IMG/VR virus record: IMGVR_UViG_3300021425_000014
Location: 31,013 to 95,012 of that record
Reading direction: 5' to 3' (one strand)
Length of the DNA stretch: 64,000 nt
Origin: a virus
Shown: positions 44,913 through 55,255 of the stretch, in pieces
Position numbering within the stretch: position 1 is the stretch's first letter
How the letters are laid out: every line of letters begins with the position of its first letter
Position numbers and translations under genes: made by a program
Notes under the pieces: generated by a model
What the model saw: the letters and a program-made list of their open reading frames with translations, nothing else
What the model was told of the DNA's origin: nothing
Database searches by the model: none

Positions 44913-46544
44913 ATGCAAAAGATTAATCTAAAGAATCAGGGTAAGCTTGGTTCAATTGAGTTTGAACTACTTAGCTCTGGTGCGGTAGAGGCGATTACCT
45001 CTGGTCTAGTTGCCGATCTATCGTTTGTATCCGGTGCCGTAACTGGCAATGTTTCTGACATCTCTGCTGAGCAGTCTGCCCGTGAAGCCGCTGATGCGGT
45101 CATCTCCGGTGCAGTAACTGGCCTAGTCGCAGACGTAGGTGAACTAGACGGTCGTTTAGACACTCTCGAAGGTGGCTCTGGTGTAGTTGGTTCAGTAGCA
45201 AAATCCTTGGCCGATGCTAAGGCATATACCGATCAAAAGGTATCAGACCTAGTTGATTCAGCACCCGAAGTTCTAGACACCCTAAACGAACTAGCCGCAG
45301 CGCTAGGTGATGACCCCGCATTCGCAACCACGATTGCTGGACAAATCGGCGCAGTTTCTGGTTCAGTTGCTTCAGTTGCTGGCGATCTAGCAAACGAAAC
45401 CTCTGCCCGTGAAGCAGCAGATACTTTCATTTCTGGTGCAGTAACCGGCGTAGTAGCAGATCTTGCAAATGAGACTTCAGCGCGCGAAGCGGCTGATACC
45501 TTCATTTCCGGCGCTGTTACCGGCGTTGTTGCTGACCTAGCGAATGAAACTTCTGCTCGCGAAGCAGCGGACACGTTCATCTCAGGTGCCGTAACTGGCG
45601 TAGTTGCCGATCTAGCTAACGAGACTTCTGCTCGCGAAGCCGCAGATACCTTTATCTCTGGTGCCGTGACTGGTGTCGTAGCTGATCTAGCCAACGAAAC
45701 CTCCGCTCGTCAAGCCGCTGATACTGCACTAGGCAACGATGTTGCTTATGTATCAGGCGTAGTAACTGGCGCAGTTGCCGACATTCTATCACTAGATGGT
45801 CGCCTAGACACTCTAGAGGGTGGTTCCGGCGTTGTTGGTTCAGTCGCTAAGTCACTAGCTGATGCTAAGACTTATACCGATGAAAAGGTTGCTGCTCTAG
45901 TAGATTCAGCGCCTGCCGTTCTAGATACCCTAAATGAGTTGGCCGCTGCTCTAGGTGACGACCCTGCGTTCGCCACCACGATCGCTGGTCAAATCGGTGC
46001 AGTATCTGGCGATGTCGCTTCTGAGACTTCAGCCCGCGAAGCTGCTGATACCTTCATCTCTGGTGCTGTAACTGGTGTTGTAGCGGATCTTGCGAACGAA
46101 ACTTCAGCAAGAGAAGCTGCCGACACCTTTATTTCAGGTGCAGTAACCGGAGTTGTTGCCGATCTAGCTAATGAAACCTCTGCTCGCCAGGCCGCAGATA
46201 CCTCAATCTCTGGCGCAGTAACAGGTGCAGTAGCTGATCTATCAGCACTAACTTCTGCATTCAACAGTTTCCGTGCTTCAGTTGGTACTTTCGTAGACGA
46301 AGAAACCGTAACTTTCGATGGTTCCGGCGAATACGTCCTAGCGTCTGCACCTTCTGGCCTAGTATCAGGCTCACGCCCAATTCTAGCAATCAACGGTGTC
46401 ATCCAAGAGCTAGGCGCTGGCGCGTCTGATGACTTCCAAATGGTTGACGATGGTACAGGCGTAGTCCGTATGGTCAAGCTAAATGCTGGTTTCGTCCTCG
46501 AAGAAGGCGACACCGCAGTAATCTGGTATCGCGCCGCTCTATAA
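44913..46544 (+). CDS. Coiled-coil fibre (neck/whisker-like) with 25-aa repeats
   Basis: ANETSAREAADTFISGAVTGVVADL repeats; two AP..LDTLNELAAALGDDP.FATT fibre motifs. Confidence 0.75.
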   Translation: MQKINLKNQGKLGSIEFELLSSGAVEAITSGLVADLSFVSGAVTGNVSDISAEQSAREAADAVISGAVTGLVADVGELDGRLDTLEGGSGVVGSVAKSLADAKAYTDQKVSDLVDSAPEVLDTLNELAAALGDDPAFATTIAGQIGAVSGSVASVAGDLANETSAREAADTFISGAVTGVVADLANETSAREAADTFISGAVTGVVADLANETSAREAADTFISGAVTGVVADLANETSAREAADTFISGAVTGVVADLANETSARQAADTALGNDVAYVSGVVTGAVADILSLDGRLDTLEGGSGVVGSVAKSLADAKTYTDEKVAALVDSAPAVLDTLNELAAALGDDPAFATTIAGQIGAVSGDVASETSAREAADTFISGAVTGVVADLANETSAREAADTFISGAVTGVVADLANETSARQAADTSISGAVTGAVADLSALTSAFNSFRASVGTFVDEETVTFDGSGEYVLASAPSGLVSGSRPILAINGVIQELGAGASDDFQMVDDGTGVVRMVKLNAGFVLEEGDTAVIWYRAAL

Positions 46545-46634
46545 GAGTAGCAAGGTTAAGGCCCCCCTTGTGGGGGCCTTTTCCAGATTAAGTATAAAAT
46601 AAAAAATAGCCTTGCGCCCGAAAGCGGAACATAA

Positions 46635-47273
46635 ATGAATTTTAACGGTTTTTCTAATAAGAGAATACCAGATCTAGCCTCTGCCATTACACTTACTGGC
46701 TCAGAGTATGTTAGTATCTTTCAAGATGGCACACTTAAGAAGGTAACAGTATCTCAAATTTCAGCAGGAACCGGAACCATTGACGGAAGTGTTCCATCTG
46801 GCGGTATTGAGGGTAACTTTTTAAGAAAATCTAGCGGAACAAACTTCGATTCCGCTTGGGCAAATATTACAGAAGACGATCTTCCTGCTACAGTAAAGCA
46901 GGGCTTGGAAAGACTTGTAGCAATCGGGGAACTTTCCACCTTTGAAGAATTTGCTACAGGATTAGTATGTGATTATACACTTGTGTGGGCTCCGTTTACA
47001 ATAAAAGCTATTGACGTTATTTGCCCAATAACTCCAGCAAGTGGTTCAATCACGATTGATCTAGTATATAGAGAGACACCCGGAGGCGAATTAACTTCAT
47101 TATACACAACAAATTCTAAACCAACTATTCAATGTAATGGATATGCATCCTGGGCTACTTTTACCGGAGAAAACTTACCAAATACGGTTCAATTAGCACA
47201 GGGTTCAATTCTTGGATTTAGAATATTATCCGCCCCCAAAGATGCTCAAGATCTATATATAACCGTGAGGTAG
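46635..47273 (+). CDS. Virion fibre/adaptor protein
   Basis: KRIPDL..A..LTGSE N-terminus. Confidence 0.55.
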   Translation: MNFNGFSNKRIPDLASAITLTGSEYVSIFQDGTLKKVTVSQISAGTGTIDGSVPSGGIEGNFLRKSSGTNFDSAWANITEDDLPATVKQGLERLVAIGELSTFEEFATGLVCDYTLVWAPFTIKAIDVICPITPASGSITIDLVYRETPGGELTSLYTTNSKPTIQCNGYASWATFTGENLPNTVQLAQGSILGFRILSAPKDAQDLYITVR

Positions 47274-47276
47274 AAA

Positions 47277-47855
47277 GTGCCAATTTTTAATTTAAACGAT
47301 TATTTTCCTACAAGATTAGGACAAAGTGGAAAGTTTTTAACTACTGACGGCCTTTCGTTAAGCTGGTCTAGTGTAGCCGTTTCTGGTATTACAGATTTCC
47401 CTCTTCAATCAGAAAATAGTGGAAAATTCCTAACAACTAATGGTTCAGCTTTAAGCTGGTCTACGTTATCAACATCTGACTTATCGGATTCTTCTTCAAT
47501 TGCCTTAGAAGGAACTGTAAATGTATTTACAGCGCAGCAATATTTTGGGGAAGTTGCTTTAACTGACGCAGCAACTATTAGTTGGGAGGTTTCCTCTGCC
47601 CAAGTTGCAAAAGTTACATTGACAGGCAATAGAACCGTTGCAGCGCCAACTGGACTACAAAACGGCGCATTCTACTCTTTGATGGTAATTCAAGACGGTA
47701 CAGGATCAAGAACTCTAAGCTGGGATGCTGTATTTAAATGGAACTCTGGTGCCGCTCCAACATTAAGCACTGCTGCAAACGCAAAAGACATCTTTACATT
47801 CCGCTCAGATGGTACTAATCTATATGAAGTTGGACGCAATTTGGGCCTAGCATAG
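47277..47855 (+). CDS. Tail-fibre-like protein
   Basis: GKFLTT.G..LSW repeats; QDGTGSRTLSW...W..G.APTLST domain. Confidence 0.65.
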   Translation: MPIFNLNDYFPTRLGQSGKFLTTDGLSLSWSSVAVSGITDFPLQSENSGKFLTTNGSALSWSTLSTSDLSDSSSIALEGTVNVFTAQQYFGEVALTDAATISWEVSSAQVAKVTLTGNRTVAAPTGLQNGAFYSLMVIQDGTGSRTLSWDAVFKWNSGAAPTLSTAANAKDIFTFRSDGTNLYEVGRNLGLA

Positions 47856-47907
47856 TCTAATATAAAAGATATATTGTGCCCGCACCAGGAAAGGATATTT
47901 AGAAGAA

Positions 47908-49377
47908 ATGGCAATCGTTTCTAACTTTGATAATTTATTTACGCCAGACGTAAACCTTCGCGAAGCTTCTCCTTCACCATCAATTAGAGCGGCTGCCGTT
48001 GGGATCGTTGGCGTCGTAGGCCAAGCAACCCGTGGCCCTGTCGGCGTTCCGACTCGTGTCACCTCACTAAATGATTGGGTTCGTAAATTCGGCGGATATG
48101 ACGCTGCTCAAAATGGCGAAGGTTATATGTTTATGTATAATCTATTCCGCTCTGGTGCATCAACCGTTGACTTCGTTCGCGTTACCGATGGTAATGAAAC
48201 CGCCGCAAGCGCCGCTGTTGACGGTTCAGTGTTTGAATTAATGCAGCCCGGTTCATATGGCAACAGTGTTTCAGTAGTAATTAGCGCTAACAGCGTAACT
48301 GGCTTCGTTGACATTCTATTCAGAAATGGCTCTGAAACATATGAATATAAAGCAGTAACCTTTACCGATGCTCAAAATTCTCGCTATATTCAAACTGTTC
48401 TAGATAATGCTGAAGAGGTTGATGGTTTCGTAAAGATTACAACTGTCGGAGCATCTAATCCGGCAACTGGAACAATTCTGTTTACTGGAGGTTCCAACGG
48501 AACTGTTCAGGGAACATCTCTATTGGACTCTGCATTCGTTGGTCAGAATACGGGTAATGGTCTAACTGGCTTAGTTGCACTCGAAGCAGATGATGATGTT
48601 GAAATCGTTGTTTGCACTCGCACTAATCTAACCCTAGCTAATGCCCTCAAGGATCACGTCTCTCTATCAAGCGTATCCCCAAGAATGGCAGTAGCTGCTC
48701 CGGCATCTGGAACAACCGTTGACACGCTAGCAACGACAATGCAATCATTTAATAGCGATCGCGTTGTTATGACTTATCCATTCCTTCAAATCCTTAATCC
48801 TTTCAACAACAAGAAGGAATACCACGCACCAACTGCATTCTATGCTGGATTGTTATCAACCTTATCCTATCATATCTCCCCCTCTCGCAATGTAGTTAAT
48901 GGCGTAATCGGAACCGAACGCGCTCTAACTCGCGGTGAAGTTGATACCCTATCACGCAATCGCGTATCCCCAATCACTCTATTGAGTGGCTTCGGATTTG
49001 TGGTACGCAACGGTTATAACACTTCAAATCTACCCTCGCTAGCCAATGTCACTCGTCGTCGCGCAGTTAACTTCTTCGCCAAGACGTTTGAAACCGGCTT
49101 GCAGCAGTTCGTATCAAGGCCACATACTCCTGCTCTACGCAGTGATGTCGTTTCAGTTCTAAGTGGCCTACTACAGAACGAAGTAAACTTGGGCAAGATT
49201 GGTCAGGTAAACGGTGGAACTGCATTCGCGGTAAAATGCGATGCTCAAAATAACCCTGATTCCGTCGTGCAGCAAGGTCAATTAATTGTTGACATTCAGA
49301 TCTCACTCTGGAGCCCTGCTGACTTCATCAATGTCACGCTTGATGCCTCAGAAGCCAAGGTAATCAGTATCGGCTAA
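47908..49377 (+). CDS. Tail sheath protein
   Basis: G.VG.A.RGPVG.PT.VTS..D....FG, RRA, F.VKCD..NN, PADFI. Confidence 0.92.
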   Translation: MAIVSNFDNLFTPDVNLREASPSPSIRAAAVGIVGVVGQATRGPVGVPTRVTSLNDWVRKFGGYDAAQNGEGYMFMYNLFRSGASTVDFVRVTDGNETAASAAVDGSVFELMQPGSYGNSVSVVISANSVTGFVDILFRNGSETYEYKAVTFTDAQNSRYIQTVLDNAEEVDGFVKITTVGASNPATGTILFTGGSNGTVQGTSLLDSAFVGQNTGNGLTGLVALEADDDVEIVVCTRTNLTLANALKDHVSLSSVSPRMAVAAPASGTTVDTLATTMQSFNSDRVVMTYPFLQILNPFNNKKEYHAPTAFYAGLLSTLSYHISPSRNVVNGVIGTERALTRGEVDTLSRNRVSPITLLSGFGFVVRNGYNTSNLPSLANVTRRRAVNFFAKTFETGLQQFVSRPHTPALRSDVVSVLSGLLQNEVNLGKIGQVNGGTAFAVKCDAQNNPDSVVQQGQLIVDIQISLWSPADFINVTLDASEAKVISIG

Positions 49378-49444
49378 TATAAAGTCAAAAATGGGGGGCC
49401 ATAAACCCCCCATATCGACATAAGTTGTAGAGGAAAGGAACAAA

Positions 49445-49981
49445 ATGGGTAAGCCTAGAGTTAGGGGTAATCACGCCACCGTGATTGTAGTTGATAAATC
49501 CGGCAAAGAAATTAATGTTGGCGAAATATCCAAATTTTCAGTAAAAGAACTTGGCGAAGTAAAGAAATCGAGAGCTATTGGTCAAAACTCAGTAACTGCC
49601 AATAAGACTTTTGAAGGATATGATTTATCTTTCGAAGGCGGCAAGGTTGACTGGAGAATGGCCCAATTGTTGCACAGACAAGACAAAAATATTTATGATG
49701 GTGGTCGCGCACCATACTTTAAAGTTGTCCAGAAAGTTCATTTTTTCGATAACTCTATCGAGGAATATAGCTATAATGATGTAATTATCTATGGCTATAA
49801 TTTAGATATTGATGCCAATGATGAATTAATGGAAAAATTTGAAGGCTTTTGCGGAACTCTAAGAAATCCTAACCACCAGGGACTAGGCTCTGCACTTGGT
49901 GAAAGCCTAACAACTGTTGATGAACTAATTAAGCAAACGCTTGAAAAGGATGTCTTACCAGATACTAGCAGAATTAGCTAA
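49445..49981 (+). CDS. Tail tube protein (putative)
   Basis: Follows sheath; paralogous to next two ORFs. Confidence 0.65.
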   Translation: MGKPRVRGNHATVIVVDKSGKEINVGEISKFSVKELGEVKKSRAIGQNSVTANKTFEGYDLSFEGGKVDWRMAQLLHRQDKNIYDGGRAPYFKVVQKVHFFDNSIEEYSYNDVIIYGYNLDIDANDELMEKFEGFCGTLRNPNHQGLGSALGESLTTVDELIKQTLEKDVLPDTSRIS

Positions 49982-49999
49982 ATATAGCGAATAAAAATT

Positions 50000-50629
50000 A
50001 TGGCCCCAAGAATATTAGGTAGAAACACATTCCTATTTGTTCACTCATCGAAGTGGCTTCTACCTATCGCCCTTGGGGAAATAGATGAATTTCGTGCAAC
50101 CTCTACAACTGATATGATTAAAAGCCGACCAGTAGGGTTTTCCCTACAGTCGGCTACTCTTCGTTATAGTGGATATGATTTGCAGCTAAGAATCGGCAAA
50201 ACTGACCCACTATTGGCCAGATGGAATCACTTGGTAGATAGAGGATTGATGGCTGGAAATCAACCACCAGAACTATTTATTACTGAAACAATTACTCATT
50301 ATAAAAATATACCTTTAACAAATTTCCCCTTGATTGAGAATTGGGTATATAAAGGCGTAACTCTATTTGGTTTAGATGTTGCAAATTCAGGCCAGGGTGA
50401 GTTTGAACAGGACATCAAGGGCTTTGCTGCCTGGAAAGAGCTTGGCCCTGTCGATACAACTTTTATTGACCTACAATGGGTGGCTGGTATTGGATTCCAG
50501 GAAGTTGTTGTTAGAACTAATAATATTCAGGGCGGAATAGCTGAAGATATAACATCTTTAATAAATAACGCTCTTGAGCCAAGAAAAAACGCAAAAAATA
50601 CTCCAGGATTTGGCTCATTAGAAGTTTAG
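50000..50629 (+). CDS. Tail tube-like paralog
   Basis: GEI..F, KSR..G, GYDL....K.D shared with 49445. Confidence 0.55.
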   Translation: MAPRILGRNTFLFVHSSKWLLPIALGEIDEFRATSTTDMIKSRPVGFSLQSATLRYSGYDLQLRIGKTDPLLARWNHLVDRGLMAGNQPPELFITETITHYKNIPLTNFPLIENWVYKGVTLFGLDVANSGQGEFEQDIKGFAAWKELGPVDTTFIDLQWVAGIGFQEVVVRTNNIQGGIAEDITSLINNALEPRKNAKNTPGFGSLEV

Positions 50630-50643
50630 CTAGAATTAATTAA

Positions 50644-51306
50644 ATGTCATTTTTTGAAAATTCAATATCAGAATTGCAGAAAACCGGCCTGGACTTGCTT
50701 TTAAGTAGACCAGGCTCAGTCGGTATAATGCCATCTCAGGTGGTTCTATCTTCACAATGCTTTGTATCATTTTTCGTTGACTCAAAAGAATATATTGCGG
50801 AATTTGATCAATTCTCGAAAACAAAGATTATAACCGAAAAAAAGAACTTTAAGCCATATGGGTATATGCATAATATATCACTAATAAATGATCAAGGCTG
50901 GGAGCTATCACTAACCGGCAAAAAAACGGATCAAAAACTTGGATTAATTATATCTTTGCAAGATTATCTATTATCTGGCAATACAAACTCAGGCTTTGGC
51001 GATAAGTATAAAGCATCTGCTGCCAAACTCACATTTAACATAGAAGAAATAGTTACATATAAATCAGACCCAACTGGACAACCATTAATGGTTGAATATT
51101 ATACATATAAAAACTGCTCACTTACTTCCTATAGCGAAGATACTCCATCCGATAATCAACCAGTAACATTTAGTATGAAGTTCTTTTGCCCAAAAAGGGG
51201 ATACAGAAATACCCTAAGTGGAAATGACGATATCGTAACTCCTGCAAAGCTTGGTGATTCCATAAGTAATATGATTAATGGGATACTTAAATCCAACAAG
51301 CAATAA
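50644..51306 (+). CDS. Tail tube-like paralog
   Basis: EF..F, GWELSL.G.K.D, EYYTY. Confidence 0.5.
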   Translation: MSFFENSISELQKTGLDLLLSRPGSVGIMPSQVVLSSQCFVSFFVDSKEYIAEFDQFSKTKIITEKKNFKPYGYMHNISLINDQGWELSLTGKKTDQKLGLIISLQDYLLSGNTNSGFGDKYKASAAKLTFNIEEIVTYKSDPTGQPLMVEYYTYKNCSLTSYSEDTPSDNQPVTFSMKFFCPKRGYRNTLSGNDDIVTPAKLGDSISNMINGILKSNKQ

Positions 51307-51315
51307 GGAGCAAAA

Positions 51316-51627
51316 ATGAGAACCAAAGAAGTTGAATTAAAGAGTGGTCGGAAGTTTGTTGTCCGCGAATTATCAGCCCTGGAAGATGTCTTATCATTCC
51401 GCATGGTTGGCCCCGACTTTGACCAGAATAACCAGTTTGGTGGCGGCGTAACGGTTCGCTCTATTCAGATCTCTCTATCTGTCGTATCAGTCGATGGCAA
51501 GGAATGCAAGCCGCTTCGCAAGCTTGAAGAAGTATTCGAATTTATGTCTCAATTTACTAAGCGCGAATGGCTTGCCGTTGCAGAAGCTTATTCAGAGCTT
51601 AATGAGGCAGAAGACGAGGGGGAATAG
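51316..51627 (+). CDS. Tail assembly chaperone (short form)
   Basis: Position upstream of TMP; ends at G-GGG-GAA-TAG slippery site. Confidence 0.75.
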   Translation: MRTKEVELKSGRKFVVRELSALEDVLSFRMVGPDFDQNNQFGGGVTVRSIQISLSVVSVDGKECKPLRKLEEVFEFMSQFTKREWLAVAEAYSELNEAEDEGE

Positions 51628-51800
51628 CAGCCCTGGCGGATAACGATTACTTCCGTCAGGGGATGATGCTACTCAAATGGGGTGTTCCATATGAATGTAT
51701 ATTCGGAACACCCAAGCCTTGGTCAAAAGGTTGGAGAAACGCAGCAACTTTAGTTATGAATGATTATTATAGCCCAGAAGATGCTACTGGCCTCGGTTAA
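51618..51800 (+). CDS. -1 frameshift extension of tail assembly chaperone
   Basis: -1 frame open from GGGGGAA to TAA 51798-51800 (IAALADNDYFRQG...DATGLG*). Confidence 0.7.
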   Translation, partial: GGIAALADNDYFRQGMMLLKWGVPYECIFGTPKPWSKGWRNAATLVMNDYYSPEDATGLG

Positions 51801-51841
51801 TCCGGGGCCATTAAACATAAATAAATATTGGAGCATATAAA

Positions 51842-52585
51842 ATGATTTATTTTACAGAAATAACTAAAGCCAATGGAACGGGTGAAGAACAGATCACCTT
51901 CCAGTTCTTTCCAAAAGAATTGCCAGAATTTATTCCCCATATGTATTCAACCAAGATTAATCGAATTGAATACAATGGCGGCTTCATAACCAACCAAATT
52001 ATTGGAACATTTCAACAACCTATTGAATGGGAAGGTTGCTTCTTTGGTAAGTATGAAATAGGCGGAACTGTACTTACAGCTAAAGAGAGAGCGCAGCAAA
52101 TTAAAAGTTTTATGGGTAGACCAATTAGAGTTGGATTCTCTCCACCCGATGATGAGTTACAATATAAAGTTGGACAAACAGACGCGAAGTTAGCTGGCGA
52201 CAAAGGTATTTACATTATTGAAGAGTACGAAATGCGGGTAAGAAACTACGTCGATATTGATTACAAAATCAGATTAGTTCCACATATGCGTCAAGAGAAA
52301 ATTAAACCAATGGATTCCGACGTTGTGATCGTGAAAGTAAATGAGGAAGCTGTTTTATCATCAGGCTTAAAAGCAAACTCAGTTGCAGCAAATAGTAAAA
52401 ATAAGACCTTGAAAAATTCTGCCAAGGCGGCTGTCAATTCGTCAAGAACTATGGGGCCAGATGCTCAAATTCCGCCTTCTGTCCTTAGAGAGATTTTGAA
52501 TAGTCCACCCAAGAAAGCCGAAAAATTATTAAGGCTCTACAAGCCAACACTTGCACAGCAAATATACGGCAATCCGCAGAATTAG
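51842..52585 (+). CDS. Tail/baseplate protein (tube initiator-like)
   Basis: Synteny. Confidence 0.5.
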   Translation: MIYFTEITKANGTGEEQITFQFFPKELPEFIPHMYSTKINRIEYNGGFITNQIIGTFQQPIEWEGCFFGKYEIGGTVLTAKERAQQIKSFMGRPIRVGFSPPDDELQYKVGQTDAKLAGDKGIYIIEEYEMRVRNYVDIDYKIRLVPHMRQEKIKPMDSDVVIVKVNEEAVLSSGLKANSVAANSKNKTLKNSAKAAVNSSRTMGPDAQIPPSVLREILNSPPKKAEKLLRLYKPTLAQQIYGNPQN

Positions 52586-52606
52586 AATTAATGATCGAGT
52601 ATAGTA

Positions 52607-55255
52607 ATGAGTCAAGGCACACCTAATTTAAGAGTTGGTCTAGAAGTACAAATCTTTGGCACTGCCCAAATGGCTAGAGCACAAAGAGCTTTATCTTCCC
52701 TTGGTCTTAGTATAGATAATGTAGAGACTGCGTTAATTGATGTCAATGGCACTCAGACTCGTTATCACAGAGGCGTAGTTAGATTAACTGGAGCTACAAG
52801 GCAGGCACGAGAGGCGCAAGAACAAGCAGCAGCGGCAGCAATTGAAAATGCTACAGCAAATGCTAGAGTTGCTGCCGAAGTAAGAAGAACTGCAAGTGCT
52901 GCATCTCAGGCTACTGCCCAACTACAGCAATTATCCAGACAGCAACAATCCGCAGCAAGATCCGCCGCTCAATTAGCCCAGCACCAAGCCAGGGTAAACA
53001 TTACCACCACAGGGAGAATTACGGCTCAAAACAATGCTGCTCAAAATCAACAGCAAACTGCCAATCTAAGGCATAACAACGTCATAGCTGCTCAAAATAA
53101 TGCAACTAATAATGCGATATTATTAGGCAATAGAAGATTTACACAAGGACTTCATCTTCAAAGAGTTAGACAAATAGGTCAAGCCCAGGCTCAAAATCAT
53201 CAGGCCCAGATGCTAAATCAAAGGCATTTGAATGCTATCCAAATGCAAAATTTGCGACATCAGCAGATACTGCAAAGAATGCAGCAAGGCGGTGGCGGCG
53301 GTGCTGGTCAAGCATTTGGCGTTCTCGGTAACGTCGGTCGCGTTATTGCCTACGATATGCTCCGTCGCACAATTACAAATATTTATCAAGCAGCTTGGCG
53401 AGTTGCGGATGTTCTTGGCCAATGGACTATTGAATCAATAAACTTTAACGATGAATTAGCTAGGGCTCAAACTGTATTTACGGGCCTTGGGCTTATTGGT
53501 ACAAGGAATAACGAGGGTGGCCCTATGACCATCCCGCAGGCTGAAGTTTCATCAGACCCCAAAGTGCAAGAAGTTTTAAGAAAAGCACAAGAGGGTTCTG
53601 ATAAAATGATGCGCGGCTTGATTGAGATTACTGCATTAACTGGCTCAGATATGGATGAAGTCGTAAGTTCCGCTAGACAGATACTACCAGACTTAATCAA
53701 TAAACGCTCAAGAGCGGGCATGCCTAACCCATATTTGCAAAATCCAGACGAATTAAATATGATTACACAGCAAATGGTTAAACTTGCTTCCGTTTTGAAA
53801 ATGAGCGATCCCGGCGGAAGACCTTTGAAGTGGCATATGGTTGCCTTGCAGGAATTGTTCTCTGGCACAAGTGGCGGTGGAAAGGATAAAGGCAGGGAGG
53901 CCGTTAGATCATTAAGAGCTAGAGAAGGTATTAAGATGACTGACGAAGAGGCTTCAACTCTTGCTAAAGCTGTAAATACTGGCGATCTCGTTAGGGCATC
54001 ACAAATTATTGAAGCAACCCTAGAGAGATCTGGTCAAGGTTTGCAGAATTTGTCCAATCTTTTGGCTAAAACTTTAAAACCGAATGTCGATGGCACTATT
54101 ACCGCGCTAAGAATATTTGGGAAAAGCTTCACAGAAGTCCTACACAAGGATTTAATTTCCGATTTTACGGCAATTCGAGTCTCACTTTTTGAAATTTTCG
54201 AAGATCCAAGATTTAAAACTGGAATGACTGCGCTATCTCAAATATTCGCAGAATCATTTAAAGATATTAGGGATATTGTATTTAGATACTTAGATATGAT
54301 ACATGCAGATCCACAGGCAGCATTGAAAAAACTTGAGCCTATAGTTACTAACTTTAGGCATGGCATAACGGCTCTCGGGTATGCAATAGAAGCAGTCGGC
54401 CTTTTTTTGATGGGATTCTTTGGGACAGATTTAGGGATGAAAAATCTATCCGATTCATTCAAAGAGCTTAGAGATGGAGCTTATCAGAATGGCGCTCAAA
54501 TGGCGACAACTATATCTAGTATAAATGCGTTTACCAATAGCCTAGTCCCAGTCGCAAACATGATTACGACAGTTATGCCATTATTTAACCAGATACTTGG
54601 TTATTTACTAGTTGGATTTACGGCGGTTTTTGACCTCATAGAAAGTTCACTAAGAAACGTATTAAGATTTGTACCAGATTTTCTTTTGCCGGAAGCAATT
54701 GCTCGATTCAAGAATGAGACAACGGAAGAGAGTGGCCAATTTAGAATCCTTGGAAGCAATTTCAACTTTGCAAGAACAATGGATTTGATAGATAGAATTA
54801 ACGAAGGCTCTGGACTTTTTAATGGGCAAAGACCGCCATTTCCCCAAAATTTACCAACACCGGCTCAACCCATTCCATCCCCGGCAGCCATTGCTGGCGC
54901 CGCTCCACTGAATAATGCTGGTATGATCGCTGGTCAACCCGCTGGCGGCGGTGGTGGCGGCGGAAGAATGGCTCCAATTGACTTGAATAATCAATTAAAT
55001 AATCCAAATATTAGGTTAAGTGATAACGCAGTTGTTGAAGGTCTTAAAGCCGCCAAGCCAATGCGCTTCGAGCCAAGAAGAGTTGAACAGACGGTCAACG
55101 TAAATATAGGAACCATGAATGTGACGGCTAGCGACGCTCAGGGCCTAGTTGATCAGCTTTCGAATATTCAAAAGGGAAATACTCCTGGGCCTAAGCAAAA
55201 ATTCAGAGGGCCACTTACTCCTGATGCTGCCGCAGCAAGAGGTTTATCGTACTAA
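52607..55255 (+). CDS. Tape measure protein
   Basis: Long A/Q-rich helical protein with hydrophobic segments in tail module. Confidence 0.8.
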   Translation: MSQGTPNLRVGLEVQIFGTAQMARAQRALSSLGLSIDNVETALIDVNGTQTRYHRGVVRLTGATRQAREAQEQAAAAAIENATANARVAAEVRRTASAASQATAQLQQLSRQQQSAARSAAQLAQHQARVNITTTGRITAQNNAAQNQQQTANLRHNNVIAAQNNATNNAILLGNRRFTQGLHLQRVRQIGQAQAQNHQAQMLNQRHLNAIQMQNLRHQQILQRMQQGGGGGAGQAFGVLGNVGRVIAYDMLRRTITNIYQAAWRVADVLGQWTIESINFNDELARAQTVFTGLGLIGTRNNEGGPMTIPQAEVSSDPKVQEVLRKAQEGSDKMMRGLIEITALTGSDMDEVVSSARQILPDLINKRSRAGMPNPYLQNPDELNMITQQMVKLASVLKMSDPGGRPLKWHMVALQELFSGTSGGGKDKGREAVRSLRAREGIKMTDEEASTLAKAVNTGDLVRASQIIEATLERSGQGLQNLSNLLAKTLKPNVDGTITALRIFGKSFTEVLHKDLISDFTAIRVSLFEIFEDPRFKTGMTALSQIFAESFKDIRDIVFRYLDMIHADPQAALKKLEPIVTNFRHGITALGYAIEAVGLFLMGFFGTDLGMKNLSDSFKELRDGAYQNGAQMATTISSINAFTNSLVPVANMITTVMPLFNQILGYLLVGFTAVFDLIESSLRNVLRFVPDFLLPEAIARFKNETTEESGQFRILGSNFNFARTMDLIDRINEGSGLFNGQRPPFPQNLPTPAQPIPSPAAIAGAAPLNNAGMIAGQPAGGGGGGGRMAPIDLNNQLNNPNIRLSDNAVVEGLKAAKPMRFEPRRVEQTVNVNIGTMNVTASDAQGLVDQLSNIQKGNTPGPKQKFRGPLTPDAAAARGLSY

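Noticed and set aside
41545-46602. T4-like late promoters (TATAAAATAA at about 41545 and 46593)
   Set aside because: Only two loose matches in AT-rich DNA and no late sigma factor in the window; insufficient support
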